Positions 1 through 15,320 of a stretch of 64,000 bases of DNA are shown here, piece by piece. Source of the stretch: the human T2T-CHM13v2.0 reference genome, Homo sapiens; the NCBI RefSeq assembly GCF_009914755.1, contig NC_060930.1. One strand, written 5' to 3'. A program made the position numbers and the translations under genes. How positions within the stretch are numbered: the first letter of the stretch is position 1; every line of letters begins with the position of its first letter. The notes below the pieces were generated by a model. That model was not told the DNA's origin and made no database searches. It saw only the letters and a program-made list of their open reading frames with translations.

Positions 1-169
1 CTTACCTTTTTCTATTTTAGCATGAAAACTCCTCGATAACCTAAGGAAAGGAGCTGGGAACCAGATACACTGGTGGCCTCACACTCAACCTCCAGGGGCA
101 CGGGAGAGAAAGAGGGCTGCAGACAGGCAGGCCTCAGTCTGAGGGGTCCAGGAGGAAGTCCCGGCTTTG

Positions 170-330
170 TGACTTGAATTGTCTTGGTAAACTCAATCTA
201 TTTGAGCTTCAGTTTCCTCCTCTGCAAAGTGGTGATCATAATAACTACCTTGCAGAATTGTTGTGAAAATACTAAATCATGTATTTTAAATGCAGCCTCT
301 GGTAAATAATAGGCACTCAATACATGCTGT
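170..330 (+). mobile_element. MIR SINE
   Basis: MIR core cttcagtttcctcctctgcaaa...gttgtga. Confidence 0.75.
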
Positions 331-476
331 TCTCACTATCTCCCATTACACCTAATTGTTCTTACTAACAAAACATATCAGCACTAATAAGAAAAGTTAG
401 AAGAGATCAGGTGAGAACAACAAAAGTAGTGGGAAGCACGTTGAAAAAAATTAGGTCTCCAGGACGACAGAAGCGA

Positions 477-793
477 TTTTTTTTTTTTTTTTTTTTTGAG
501 ATAGGGTCTCACTCCGTTGCCCAGAGTGCACTGGAGTGCAGTGGCATGATCTCGACTCACTGCAAGCTCCGCCTCCCAGGCTCAAGTAATCCTCTCACCC
601 CAACCTCCCAAGTAGCTGAGATTAGAGGCATGCACTACCACGCCTGGCTCATTTTTGTATTTTTTTTGTAGAGACAGGATTTCGCCATGTTGGCCAGGCT
701 GGTCTTGAACTCCTGGGCTCAAGGGATCTCCCTGCCTCAGCCTCCCAAAGCCACCTCCTTGAGATTACAGGCGTGAGCCACCACACCCGGCCT
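477..793 (-). mobile_element. Alu (J/S-type)
   Basis: polyT followed by reverse Alu consensus. Confidence 0.95.
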
Positions 794-1429
794 ACAGAAA
801 CAATTTTAAGAGAAGTAATGTCATAGCAGATGAGTGAATTGTAGTTCTGTTTTCTGCACAGTGTAGCTGGCCTGCTGGGAGGTTGAACCTGAGGTTTGTT
901 CCCTGTCTGAGATCCTTCTGCGGTCTTGCCTCAGCCAGTCTCTACACAAATGGAATAATTATAATGTAGTCACCAACAGTTGTGAACAGCTCAGTACGCT
1001 TTCATTATTTGCAGATAAATATCAAGAATTAAATGGCTACCATCACCTCCCTGTCCAAGGTCCCTTTTATAAGAGCTGTTTTACAGTCGTGGGACCTCCA
1101 TTGACTCAGATGTGACATAATTTAGCTCAGTTCAAACCACTTTTGGTTCTGTTGGCCTGCCAATCAAGGAGTCAGAGGGTAAAATCCTGAATCAAGTTGT
1201 CCTCCTGGGAGCAGGCCCTGTGCACTGGCCCAGCAATGATAAGCACCATGGCATTTAACAGGCAGCTGGGACGAGCGAATAGACGAAGAAAATCAGAAAG
1301 ACATAACTAAAAGTGGGAAAGAGGTAAATTTTCTCATGACAGGATGAAGAAGAAGGCTGGGAGAACTTGGAAGTCAGTGGGATATATTTGTCCTTGGCGA
1401 ATAGCAAGAAAATATTAACGTAGTGTTTA

Positions 1430-1855
<426 letters not shown>

Positions 1856-1858
1856 CTA

Positions 1859-2134
<276 letters not shown>

Positions 2135-3140
2135 TTAACCAGGGTTGTAAGGCAGAACTAGGAAAGTGAACAGACCACATGTGTTTGGGACCTGCCGACA
2201 ATGTGACCTTGGGTCAGTCACTTACCGTCTCTGTACCCACCTTCTCTCCCTTCTAAAAAGGGGACACAGGGCCTGCCCTCCCACATTGACAGTACTGTTG
2301 ACGGTTCAAATAGATAAGTGAAAGAGCATTGCTAGATTCAACGATGATCTGAAGAGACATTGAGACCTAAGCAAACGTCCCTGCCTTGGCTGCCATACAA
2401 CCAGCCATATTGTGTGCATAAATTCTTGGCCACAGAGGGCAGCAAAGGAGGGAAGAGCAGATCCACAGAGGTGTGGGAGTTTACCCTGGGGGTACCGCTG
2501 GATGGAGAAGTGCGGGCATTTTGGGCAGAGGTGGGCTCACGTGTGATGAGTTCAGGGGATGGAGAAGTCACTGTCTTGGCTGGGTGCGGGTGACTGGGTA
2601 TGGGAAGGGCCTTGGTGGCCGTGCAGAGAGTGCGGCCTTTTCTCTGCAGGAAAGGAAGCTCCATCAGAAGGTTTTCAATTCTGTTGGCAAATTTTCAGAT
2701 TATTCTGATAGCAGCACAAAGGTCGACTGGAAAAAGTGAGGCCAGAGGTGGAGAAACAAGGTGGGGTTCTATTGCAGGAACCAGGGGAGAGCCACAGGGG
2801 CTAGAAACAGAGGCACTTAGAGAATGATGAAATTCATCATTCTGCTTAAAAATAATAACTTATTACATGTTAACATGAAGAACGTTTTTCTATTTATAAA
2901 ATTTATAAAATTACTATTTTATAAAACAAAAAAGTGTAGAGTGGCATTGTTTTATGCTTTTGCAATTCTAGAGGTGTGGCTAAATACAAGAGCTGGATTT
3001 TCACATCTGCTCTGCATTCAGTAGATTGTAACATATATCGTTTTGGTTGAAGTATATGAAGAAAATCTAGCCTCACACAAATTTTGGAAAAGGGAGGAGT
3101 ACAGAGTTAAGTACTTTAATAATCTTGAGATAATTGTGGA

Positions 3141-3430
3141 TTTTTTTTTTTTTTTTTTTGAGACAGAGTCTTGCTCTGTCACCCAGGCTGGAGTGCAGTG
3201 GCATGATCTCTGCTCACTGCAGCTTCCGTCTCCTGAGTTCCACAGATTCTCTTGAGTAGCTGGGATTACAGGCGCATGCCACCACACCTGGCTAATTTTT
3301 GTACTTTTAGTAGAGGTGGGGTTTTGTCATGTTGCCCTGCCTGGTCTTGAATTCCTGGCCTTAAGTGATCCACCCACCTTAGGCTCCCCAAAGTGTTGGG
3401 ATTACAGGTGTGAGCCACCATGCTGGGCCA
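3141..3430 (-). mobile_element. Alu (S-like) with small internal deletion
   Basis: Reverse Alu; TSD-like aattgtgg/aactgtgg. Confidence 0.93.
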
Positions 3431-3475
3431 ACTGTGGCTATTCTTGATACTACAGAAAACTCTATAATAGTTTCG

Positions 3476-3530
3476 TTTTTCTTTTTTTTAAGGTTAGTCA
3501 AGTGAAGCAGTGGGAGTGGAAAAGGAACAA
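3476..3530 (-). pseudogene. 5'-truncated hY3 (RNY3) Y-RNA retropseudogene with A tail
   Basis: Minus strand TTGTTCCTTTTCCACTCCCACTGCTTCACTTGACTAACCTT matches the 3' end of hY3, followed by an A-rich tail. Confidence 0.85.
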
Positions 3531-3849
3531 TCTTTCTTAAAGGTTGTTTGCAGTGTGGAGTCCAAAACCCTGTTAATGGCAGTTTTGTGCTGCTGCACTG
3601 GTCTAGCTTGTGCTTGGAATAGATCTTATATCCATGTGTGTGACTTTACAACATCATGTGTTGACCATTTAAAAAATACTGGCTCACTTATGCGGATCTT
3701 TCAAATGTTAACACATTTCGAAATAAAAGATCAAAAATTCACTCATTTATTATTATTCATTCATTCATGGGGGGGCGAGGGATGAGGAAAAGAAAAAACC
3801 TTAACTAGAAAAATCTTTATGTATTAGGAAGCTGGTGAACTCACAGTGA

Positions 3850-4130
3850 CGTCTCCAACTTGGAAATCTGTATCTTCAGCCCAGATCCCTTCACTGAGTT
3901 CCAGGCTGACTTATCCAATTGCTTGCTTGACATCTTTTCATTATTCTCAAGGCCCCTAGAACTTAGCATGAAGAAAACATACTCAGGCTTTGCATTCAAA
4001 CCTGGCGCTCTGCGATGTTCCTGGCCAGAGAATCACCAGCAGTAACATAAGCCAGAAATCTCCGACATGCTCCTCTCACTCACCACCAGTTCTGCTCCCA
4101 CAAATAGCCAAGTCCTGTCAGCTTTATCTT
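3850..4130 (+). mobile_element. L2 fragment
   Basis: atctgtatcttcagcccaga...tccaattgcttgcttgacatc, typical of L2. Confidence 0.6.
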
Positions 4131-4887
4131 CTGGTGGGCTGTAGCCATGTCTGTCTACAGAAAACCCCCAAGTGGACATCACTGGAAACTCCCAGCTCTT
4201 ACAGCACAGCCTTAGGTAAGGGGAAGCTGACCAAAAGCTGGCTCAGCACGAAGTTCAGGGCTGGAAACCCAGACATCAGGCCTAGATGCCATGGCCTGTT
4301 GAGTGACAGAATTAATTCCTCTCATGGTATAAGATGCTCCTTCCATTTGGGCCTATCATTGAGGCTGACTAGGGTGGGTGTGTTAGATGCCAAGGACTTG
4401 CCACTCAAGGCCAAAAGATGGGCTGTCAAGTTTCCATTCCAATATCTAGGACAGCTGATGGGAGAAAACGTGGGTTTCTCAAAGAATAGAAAGACTGTCC
4501 CCCTCATCCACCACAGAACAGATCCAGGGAGGTTTTCTGACTCCTTCATGTGACTCCTCATATTGTTGAATCTTAGGAAACTAGAAGGGAGTGAATGTTC
4601 AGATGCAATAGAAAAAAAGCTGAAGCCCACTAAGTCCCATCAATAAAACTCTGAAGGCTTCTCCATTGCTGCATCTAGTCAACACTGTCTACACTGCCTT
4701 CTGGCCATTTTTTTTTTCACAGTCAAAGCAGCCAAGATGGCAGGACCTTTGAAGTCAGGTATGACCGACCCACAAGCACCGCCCCTGCTGGTCTGCTCAG
4801 AATACAATGGCCTGCACCAGGCCCATCCCCACAACCTTGGCCTTTGGGCATGACATTCGAACAAGCTAGATATATGTAAGAGGAATG

Positions 4888-4927
4888 AAATAAAAAATAC
4901 ACACATTTTCTAAGTAAGAAATTTATT
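4888..4927 (-). terminator. BVES distal poly(A) signal and downstream element
   Basis: AATAAA at 4927-4922 followed ~18 nt later by GTGTGT and TTTTTTATTT. Confidence 0.8.
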
Positions 4928-6959
4928 TGATCAAATGGCAATATATGAAGATATTTTAAACTATAAGGCTCTATCCAGACAAAAAGCATCTTTTTATAAA
5001 GTAAGTGTTATCAATTTAAATGGCACCTAAAATCAAAGAATGAGTTTCCTATAAATGTCTGTATAAAGCTTTCATAAAATCCTCATGTATTTTAAAACTA
5101 GGTTGCAAGTATAACAGAAAAACCTATAAATAGTACTTAAAAGCAGGTTTCTTAAAATTTATGACACCTACAGTGTGTCACTATAGACAGAGTATTCGGG
5201 GGGCTCTGTGACAATCAAACATGGCTGCCATGAGTAAGGGAGCGTGTCCCCTGATGAGCAGAACCGAAGCAGTGATTATGCCTCAGCCTCGAGCTCCCCG
5301 CACAGCATCCTACCATTCCAAATTCTTGGGACTTTGAGTTGAGTTGAGAATTACTACAAGAGGAGGTTAGGAAACCAGGATTGGAAAGAGGGAAGGGAGA
5401 GGAAACCAAGGCATGCCAGGATCAAAGATATCTATAAAGCAGCTTTATAAATGACCAAGAAAATGGGTTTCTAAAAAACGCAAAATGGTGAGGCCTTGGG
5501 GCTGCAACGTGGCATCTGTGAAGAGGACGACGCCACGCCCGCTGGGAAGGGCTGACCTGCATGCCAGGTGCTTGGCTTGGAGCCACCACACGCAACAGCA
5601 TGAAACTTTCTCTGGAGTGCCAAGTCATTACCTGGAAACACTGGGGACAGGTCAGTGTGTAGCTTATACCAGCTTTCCCCAAAGATTTTTCCAGCAACCA
5701 AGTGACTCAGCAACCAAGTGACTCTGTCTTTGGGGCCGTGATGGGAGCTGACATGGAGGAATCTGCAGCTCCAGGTTCTAAGATCAGGAGAGCTTCAGAC
5801 AAGTGGGAAAACCAGATATAAAGAGGGTGACATACACACACTGTTAGCAGCAAAACGCAAAGGTGTCCAATGATTAAAATGAAATTGAGTGATAGGGAGA
5901 AATGGAGAAGATTCCAGAGTGTCAGGGATAGTAACTGAAAATAATTATATAGCACCCATTATTACTAATTTAAGATATATAAGCATCACTGCGGATTTAT
6001 ATAGTGTCTATGCTATTAGTTTAGTAAATATAAATATTTATGAGGGCTTTCAAAATATTTTAAATGACATATACATTCTAATATAAATATTACACTCCAG
6101 ATTCATACAACTGAGTTGATGTTACATTTAAAGTAGTAGATTTGGGGTTGTATATGGAGTAACTTTTGCAGACCATTTTCTGAACTTTGATCATTCAGCT
6201 AAGTAAAGGCCAAAAAACACAGGAAGCATCTTATTGGGAACTTTGGCAGCAAACATGTTTTTATCTATGTATTTATGCATTATACAAAGATACACTTATT
6301 CATTTGTATAAATGAATTTAAAGTACTCCATAGGAGATCTTACACTTAAAACACTTTTCTGTCTTCTTATCTGCTTCTTTGAGATCAAGTCTATATGGGA
6401 GGCTTCTTCCTTAGAGGTGTGTGTTTAAAAATAGTCTCACGTTTCCCATTCAGGCTAAGTGGCTCTTTTAAGATTCCTAATCTTGAGGTTACAATCTTCA
6501 CATTGAGACACTGATACACACACATACTTTAATAAAAACAGCAAATGGTCTTATATCACCTACTTTTAGCAGTGTGCTTTTAAAACAGGTTTGTTCCCAG
6601 CATTACAGAAAATAATCTCCAAACACATGCATTACTTTCTACTCAGGGAAGGATGTTACACCTAATGACTGTATAGAGTGATTTTGTAAATTAGTCTTAT
6701 GCGCGTGTAAACTAAATGGGCTGCCCAACTTAACCCCAATGGTTAAAGGAAAGTAGTCTCGGCACTATGACATCACAGTTACACCTGTGCTCTCAGGTAC
6801 AGGGCGAAAGTGAGAGCGAGAGCGCACGAGAGAGTTCAACCTGAGAGAGCTTTATAATTTCAAGCCTAGGCTGTCATTCACCTTTGCTTCATTTCTCCAA
6901 AACAAGCTCCTAATTTAGCTACCTGAAGAGACTGCTGCAGCAGTACAGTGAAAGCAGCC

Positions 6960-7240
<281 letters not shown>

Positions 7241-8311
7241 TCGACAGTAGCCTTTTTACTGTGATGTCAATAAACCAACATCTGAAGATGACAGGAACTG
7301 GATTCAGAGTCTGTGTAAATTTTCTCAATGAGTGACCGAGCATGTAAATTTAACTCAAATGAAATTACTACAATAATTGCTTTAAAAACATATTTAGGAA
7401 AATGAGGTGACCCTAGATGAGCTTATTTATATGTCTCCTCTAACAGAAATCACCTCATGGTAAGAGTTGCTTCTTTTGGCTCAGTTCACCTGAGAACAAC
7501 TTCATTTGGAACTTTTCTTAGCCATTTAACGTAACAGGAGACTGACTCAAAGTTGGTTCTAGTGGATGAAGCAAAATAGACATGACCAGCATGGCCAATC
7601 AATGAGCTTCATTCAACGGAGCGTCCTGGCCAAGTGCCACAGCCACGCTGGCCAGACACACTGACCAGTTACGCATTTCCCACCAGCCAAATGCCACTGT
7701 TTACTAAACCATGATTTCAGTAGGAAAAAGAGCTCTGGAATCAAGGCCCTCACTGCAGTACCTGGGTGGGGTGTCCATGGCCTGGCCTGTAGTAAACCCT
7801 CTGCCTTCCACTGTGTTCACGTTCGCAGCTCTGGCACTGGGGCATCTGGCACTTTTTTAAAAGAGATGTCTCTGCCTCTAGATGAACAATCTGGAACTTC
7901 AGAATACAGATCAAAGAATGAAGCAGATCTTTCAGTGGCCTCATCCTGTGGCACCTGCCCAGCCATTTAACTCCCCTGTCCTCCCACCCTACATAAAGTG
8001 TTTCCCACACCAGAGTGTGCACAACATGGTGACTCCAAATCCCAAGGAAGTTGAGTTTAGCTGGAGGTTAACCCCGTGCTCAGAAACCCATCTGTTATCT
8101 TTCCAGCTTCAGGTTTCAGAGCAGTTTATAAATGGCATAATACAAGGGTAATGTGAGTAAAATCTGAGAGTTTTGTTCATTATCAAGTTATCCACACAGT
8201 GCCCAATTAAGTAAGGTGATCTAGTGGAGTAATACTTCTGGCCTGGGAGAAAAATAAAACCAGTCAAATCACACCTTTCTCTAAAATGTCCCATTAAAAA
8301 AATATGGAATA

Positions 8312-8607
<296 letters not shown>

Positions 8608-8608
8608 T

Positions 8609-8638
8609 TATATGTATGTGTGTATGTATATATATATA

Positions 8639-8687
<49 letters not shown>

Positions 8688-8688
8688 G
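8609..8688. repeat. Compound (TA)n/(TG)n microsatellite
   Basis: Read directly; about 17 uninterrupted TG units. Confidence 0.97.
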
Positions 8689-9158
8689 GAATAAAGTTTG
8701 AGATTCCCTGCTTTTTCATGTTACCTTAGCCTCAATTTTAAACTTACATTGTTTGTTAAAATTATCAAATGGACAACCTCATTGCTATGGAACAAAAAAG
8801 ACTGTGAGGAAAAAGAATCATAACTTGGAAAAAAATAAGTGAAAAGGCATTGAGAGATTGCTAAGATTTGTTAAGTTAAAACAATAATATATCTAGAAAA
8901 GACTGTGAAAATATATATCTCAAAAGAGAACAAGGCATAGTCAGAAGGCTCAGTAAAACAATTACTTTAAAAGCTGACTAATAAAAAGGGTAAGTGAAAG
9001 AACTCTTCCATCCTTGACCCTTCCTCACTTCCTCCCTCCGACTCTACCAGTCTGGATGCACTAAAGCAGAATAACCTAAAAGCCATGAAAAAGTGCTGGT
9101 ATTTTTCAGGATCTCTTCAAGACACCTTCCGTCTTGGTAACCTGAATTCTCTCTCTGA

Positions 9159-9479
<321 letters not shown>

Positions 9480-10599
9480 TCAGTCAGGAGCACAGATGAG
9501 GGACAGATTCCACCGCATGTGCTTGGATGATCTGAGCTTCTCAAATATATTCAGTTCCCAGGGGTTTGCCCCACAGTCTGCTTAGGACTCAGAACGCATG
9601 TTCCTACATTAATATCATACATGGGGGCTTGAGTCTCATATTAGCCCTTGAAAGTTGATTTAACTCCTAATTTCCCCAAAGAATACTTCTATTCCAAAAT
9701 TATGGAACCTAATCACCATCTGTAATATCACCTAAAACATTTCTTGCCTCCACCATGGAGTCCAGCCACCCACTGGGCTTACACGCAAAGGAGACAGGGG
9801 AAGAGGAAGAAAGGCCAGGCATTCAGGAGGGACAAGCCAAGTAGAGGAAACGCAATCCCAGGCAGCAGCAGGAGAAAAGGCAACCCCAGGGCCTTTTAGG
9901 ATGCCATTTAATCAAAGGAACCAGGCAGCAATTCATTCATTCAGTCACTCACTGGTTCATGCATTCACCAAATGGTTATCAAGCATCTACCATATAATGG
10001 ATACCATGCTTGATGTAGAAGAAAATACTATCTAAAAGTAAGAGTAGAAGTCATTATCAAAAGGCCTCTCAAGGTGCCTAATGAGCAGCTAACGTGACTG
10101 CATAAACTCCCCTCCTTACAGTCACCACCATCACTGTCAGGATCCATGTTGTCCGGGTTTCCACCTGCTCTGCCCACACCCATATCTTCGCTACCCAATC
10201 ACAGGGTGGAGTGGCATTCAGGCAGCCCACAAATGCTGAACTCAGCTGGGGAGAAGGTTGATGGTGGAGGGATACCGGGTGAAACCTGGCTCTTTAAATA
10301 CATGCTCACAGCAAAAGCGAGTGGAGGATCTATTAAGACATGAAGCAGATCTGCTACAAGATGACCACAGAAGTTTGTCAAGATCAGCTGTCATTCACTG
10401 GCAGGAGTCAGGAGCAGACAGCTGGGTTGGCCAGCACAGGGAGATTGCCACAACCAGCAAGGAGGGCCAAGGGCTATGAGCATGTCACACGGCTGCTCCT
10501 GGAGGGAGGCTGAGACAGCGGCAAAGGCTTTGCCCTGGCACTCAGCCATGAACGAGTGGTCATTCCTGGCCCCTGGTATGGCACAGGGGGAGGGAGCAT

Positions 10600-10835
10600 G
10601 CAGAGTGGTCAAGACCAGAGGCTCAGCAAACAGTTCCAGAGTTCAAATCCCTACTCTGCAACCTGCACTCAATTACTATACCTTTCTAGGCCTCTGTTTC
10701 CATATCTATAAAAAGGGGATATTCTTAGGATCTGCTCCATGGGATTGTTAGGAGGATTAAACAGAATAATGCATAGGATGTACTTAGCAGGGTGTTGGGC
10801 CTATAGAACATGTGACTAAATGTCATTTCTTATTA
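10600..10835 (+). mobile_element. MIR
   Basis: gttcaaatccc...ctctgtttccatatctataaaa core. Confidence 0.7.
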
Positions 10836-11184
10836 ACTGTACAGTCACTGCCGTACATCTGGGGAAATGCTACCACCAGTCACATCCTCTAACATAAAAA
10901 AATATGCAGGGCTAGACTGTGGTACAGCTAATGTATACTCGCTGTATATATACGGAAATTGTTCACTTACAGACATTTACAGCAAAAATACTGAGTCTCT
11001 TGAATGACAACTATTGACATAAACTGTAGAAAAGAAGCATCTAATAAAATGGTCCAAGAACCCAATTCTGCACAGGGCACAGCATGGGAAGTTCTCAGGC
11101 GAGTTCTTCCCCTTTCCCATGCAGGTGACATCAAACACACGAAACACAACCTCTACTTCAATGTCTATTCAAATGGCAATGAAT

Positions 11185-11360
11185 TCTATCTGTGCGACCC
11201 TGGACAAGTTACTTCTTTGTGCCTTAATTTCCTTACCTGTAAAATAGGAATAATAAGAACAGCACCTATTTCATATGGTTGTTATAAGGATAAAACAACT
11301 TGATATTTGTAAAGTTATTAGATCAGTGCCTGGGATGTAATAACCACTTTGTAAATATTT
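11185..11360 (+). mobile_element. MIR
   Basis: tgtgcgaccctggacaagttac...cctgtaaaatagg core. Confidence 0.75.
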
Positions 11361-14300
11361 GTAAGAACATAAAAATCAATTACTATGGTCTTTGGAAGGC
11401 TATGGACTTAATAATGAGAAAATTTGTTAAAATTCATCATTGCTCATAAGAATGGCCAATAAAGGAAATGGGCCTTGTGCTCAAATGTGGGTTTGTGTTT
11501 CTCAATCTTAGCTCTCTTGAGTGTGGCAAAATTGTCTTTAAAAACAAAAAAAAAAGCCCTGGTTTCCATCATATTTTTAGCCTTAAGTTATCATTGGGTC
11601 TCATAAATATTAACTTAGGCTGAGTATCTACAATGAGACAAAACTCTCAGAACAAACAATAAGATGGCATGTCTAAGAGCATTAAATCAAGTCAATAATA
11701 TATAGTATATAGACATAATTGTGTAACACGCTTAACAGAAACATACCCAGTTTATTCTGTCTGAGGAAGTAGGACTAACTGGTTTCTAGTTTTTAAGCTC
11801 ATCTATCATACCAGGAAGGACATCCTACAGTTATATTGAGGCAGGTATCTATACTCTGGAGCCACAATGGTATCTGACCCTCCCAACTCTCTCACCTATA
11901 CTTTGCATTTTTTTTCACTGAGAGAAAATGAAGGGAGGACTCAACACAAATGGAAATGGTTAAGTGAGAACTTCCCAAGAGCTTTCAGCTTTTCTGTGAA
12001 AGAATTTATTCTGCTCCCACCATATTTGCTGGGGCAGAAGAAGAGCTATGGAACTTACTATATAACATTAAAAGGATAATGAGAGTGATTCACAATCCTT
12101 AGGGTGACATCCAGGGTTCTCCAAGTTGGGTCTCCCTCCCTCTTCCAGTCCAAGCTCTTGCAAACTCACTGCTCTTCAAATCCAGCCCATCCTCCTCTTT
12201 TCCTCTTGCCTTTTTTCCCTCTACTTGGAATGGTTCCTCCACTCCCATCTCTAACCACCAAATTCCCATTGTTTCCTCAAGCAGGATTCAAACTCCACCT
12301 CCTTCATGTGTAACCCTCCATGACTCCTGTGGGAAGATTCTACCCTCTTCATCTCAATAACTTCAGCCCTTCCACATTCTGTGTAACATTGTGGTTATAG
12401 CATTTGCATCTCTTCCTTATTAGAAAACAGGCATCTTGAGTGCTGTAACCAAGGCCTCTTTCCTCCTGCAGCCTCACAGAATTACTCCACACATAGTCAG
12501 GACCTTGATAATGTCCTTAAGTACACAGTGATGAAAAAATCCCTCCTCTGAAAGGCCACATAGGGAACCTCAGAAAGGATCCTGAGGATGAGGGAAAAAG
12601 ACATGGACATCACCTTTAATTTCTGGCGGGTCTCCCAGTGGGGCACCACCAGCATTCCTCAAGCACAGGCAGGCCTCAGGGTCCAGTAAACCTCATTAGG
12701 AAAAGGGACTGTCATCACTCTACTTTGTAGCATGTCCCCTGAAGGAAATCACTTTTGTAGAATTGATTCGACACTGCTTAGGGCATGGACAAGAACACCG
12801 TTCTCTCAAAGGAATATCAATAGGCTTAATAGCACCATCACCTGCTACAATGTTTTCATCCAATCAGTAAAAGGAATCAGGGAGTGACCACAAGGTGCTA
12901 GGACAATGGGTTAAATGTTGGGGAAATAAAAAGGAATCACACCCGGTCTTTCATGCTGTCTTATTTTATTTCTCAGAAACTCAAAGCACTTTTCAGAGCA
13001 ATTCACCCTCACCACATCTGTACTATTATTTCTACTGTATATTCAGAAGCTAAAACAAAGACATCCGTGAAAGAAAACAGAGAGGGGTGGCTGCCATGAA
13101 TGAGCTTATTTCTTACCAGGGTGTGAACCACTTAGAACACATCCTAGGAGGATAAACCAGGGAGTCCTAAGGGCCTGGAAAGATGGAATTTTTCTGCAAA
13201 AGTTCTTGATTCACTTTCATTTCAAGCTTTGTGGCTGAGAATCTGCAATCCCCCCCCAACTCCCTGTCCTTATAACAACATTGCCTTGTTGCTCTTTTTC
13301 CACCTTGGTAGACACACTGGCAGACAGGAGCACAGCCCAACCTGTCACTTCCAGGGACTACCTGGTGCCAGCTGGCTGCCAACCCCTCGCTTGGAATTAG
13401 AATCACGGAGAGTGTCCACTCTTTGTACCAGCCCCAGTTAGCCTGGCCTTCTGTACCATTGAGGGCCAAGTATAACATTCACATCCAGGAAGACAAAAGG
13501 ATCACCTGCCCTGCCTCGGAATCTGCAACTGTCATGGCCACCAGAAAGCCCAGCTTTGAGGAGTGAGGGGCTCACCTGGCCCCTAGACATGGGGCTCTCT
13601 GGCCTCATCAGGAGACTTACTGGTTCAATGGAAAGATTCAGAGTCCATCCCTATATAGCTGGAAATTATTTCTTTGAACCCCTAATACATCCAAAACCAA
13701 TTTGTAGTAAGAACAAGAAAAAGAGGGAATATTATATTTCAAGGGAATGCTCTTACATTTCACAAGTTGAACATTAATAAATAACTTCTACAGGTTTGCC
13801 TGGTTTTTCATTAATTTACGTACTGATAGATGTCAGAAATTTGCCCAGAGGCCCAACTATCTTCCAGAGATGTGAGAACATGAGAGGAGAGAGGAAGAAA
13901 TAGAGCTTATCTTTAGTTAAGTGATTTTTCAAATCACTTTTGTTCTTCAAGGAGGTTACTGTAAGGTTCATGATCTCTGTAGAATGCTTTACTTTTCATT
14001 TATTGCCAATTGTAGAGGGGCAAATAATTTCATATCCATAAATTTCCCAGAAAATTGATTCTTAGTTTTCTGTTAAAACTATTTTTACAGTTGGGAGGCA
14101 GACCGGTTAACTCCATCCTGTTGTATTTATTGTGATCAGGAAAAGACTTCTGTAGTAATTTTTTTTCTGTTAGCTATAATCACCTTCCACCTACCAGTTA
14201 ATACATTTTATTATAAAAGTATATAAACAGTATCATACTGAACTGAAACCCAGACTTAACAGGTGTGAAACTGTTAAACAGTTACGTCAAGAGTTACTGT

Positions 14301-14868
14301 TGCTGGAGGGATGTTTCATATTACACCAAGTGGCAAAAAAGTCCTCTGCACAAAGGACTTCCATAAGGACCAAGGCATCGAGAAGGTGCAGCCAGTGGAG
14401 CACAATTGTGCTCTGGGGTGTCTGCCACACTCGCAGTATGTTCAGGTGGGAAAGAGAACTGTAGCACCAGGCTGCCGTGCTGAGGGTGAGAAAGAAAAAC
14501 TCCAAGTCAAGGACCCTGAGCACATGCGGAAGACTGGGACAGCAGCGAAAGTCCTGAGCGAAACAGTGGACACCTTTGCTCCTGCCAGATGGCAGGGGGT
14601 GACCACACCGTGGGCTCCCACAAGGGGATTCAGATACGGCCAGCAGAGTCTCTCCTGGGCAGAACTGTTCAGATGGCAGCTAGGGCTGGGTGCTGGTTAG
14701 GGAGGAGGGGAGCCCATTGTTAAGACCCACTGCATGTCCCTGAGGGTCACTGGCTGCAAGGGCAAACAAAACATTGACCTCCATGGAGGGCGGGCTTGGG
14801 CTGCCCTGCAGATCCTTCTCTGTCTTCCAGAGTCTTGAGTTAAAGAACCACAGAAGGCCTTAAAAAAA

Positions 14869-15320
14869 CTTTTTTTTAGTATAAAATATTTGTGGGTACA
14901 TAGTGGATGTATGTATTTATGAGTTACATGAGATACTTTGATACAGGAATGCAACGTGAAATGATTATATCAGGGTAAATAGGCTATCCATCACCTCAAG
15001 CATTTATCCTTTGTGTTACAAACAATCCAACTTACTCTTTTAGTTATTTTAAAAATGTATATTATTTTTTACTATAGTCATCCTGTTGTGCTAGCAAATA
15101 CTAGGTCTTATTCATTCTTTCTACCTATTTTTTGTATCCATTAACCATCTCCACTTCCCCTCTACCTCCCCCCACCCCCATTACCCTTTCCAGCCTCTGA
15201 TAACCATCCTTCCACTCTCTCTGTCCTTGAGTTCAGTTCTTTTAGTTTTTAACTTCTACAAATATGTGAGAACATGTTAAGTTTGTCTTTCTGTGCCTGG
15301 TTTATTTCACTTAACATAAT
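14869..15320 (-). mobile_element. L1MA-type 3' end
   Basis: gggtacatagt...ccatcacctcaagcatttatc...ttatttcacttaacataat; flanking aggcctt repeat. Confidence 0.85.

Larger units (their letters stand above)
2830..3760. mobile_element. hAT-Charlie1-family DNA transposon fragment, interrupted by an Alu and the Y3 copy
   Basis: gagtggcattgtttta...ctgcattca matches the recalled Charlie1 consensus in reverse. Confidence 0.65.

Noticed and set aside
3990-4553. 187-aa ORF downstream of BVES
   Set aside because: TTG start, overlaps an L2 relic, no homology or splice support
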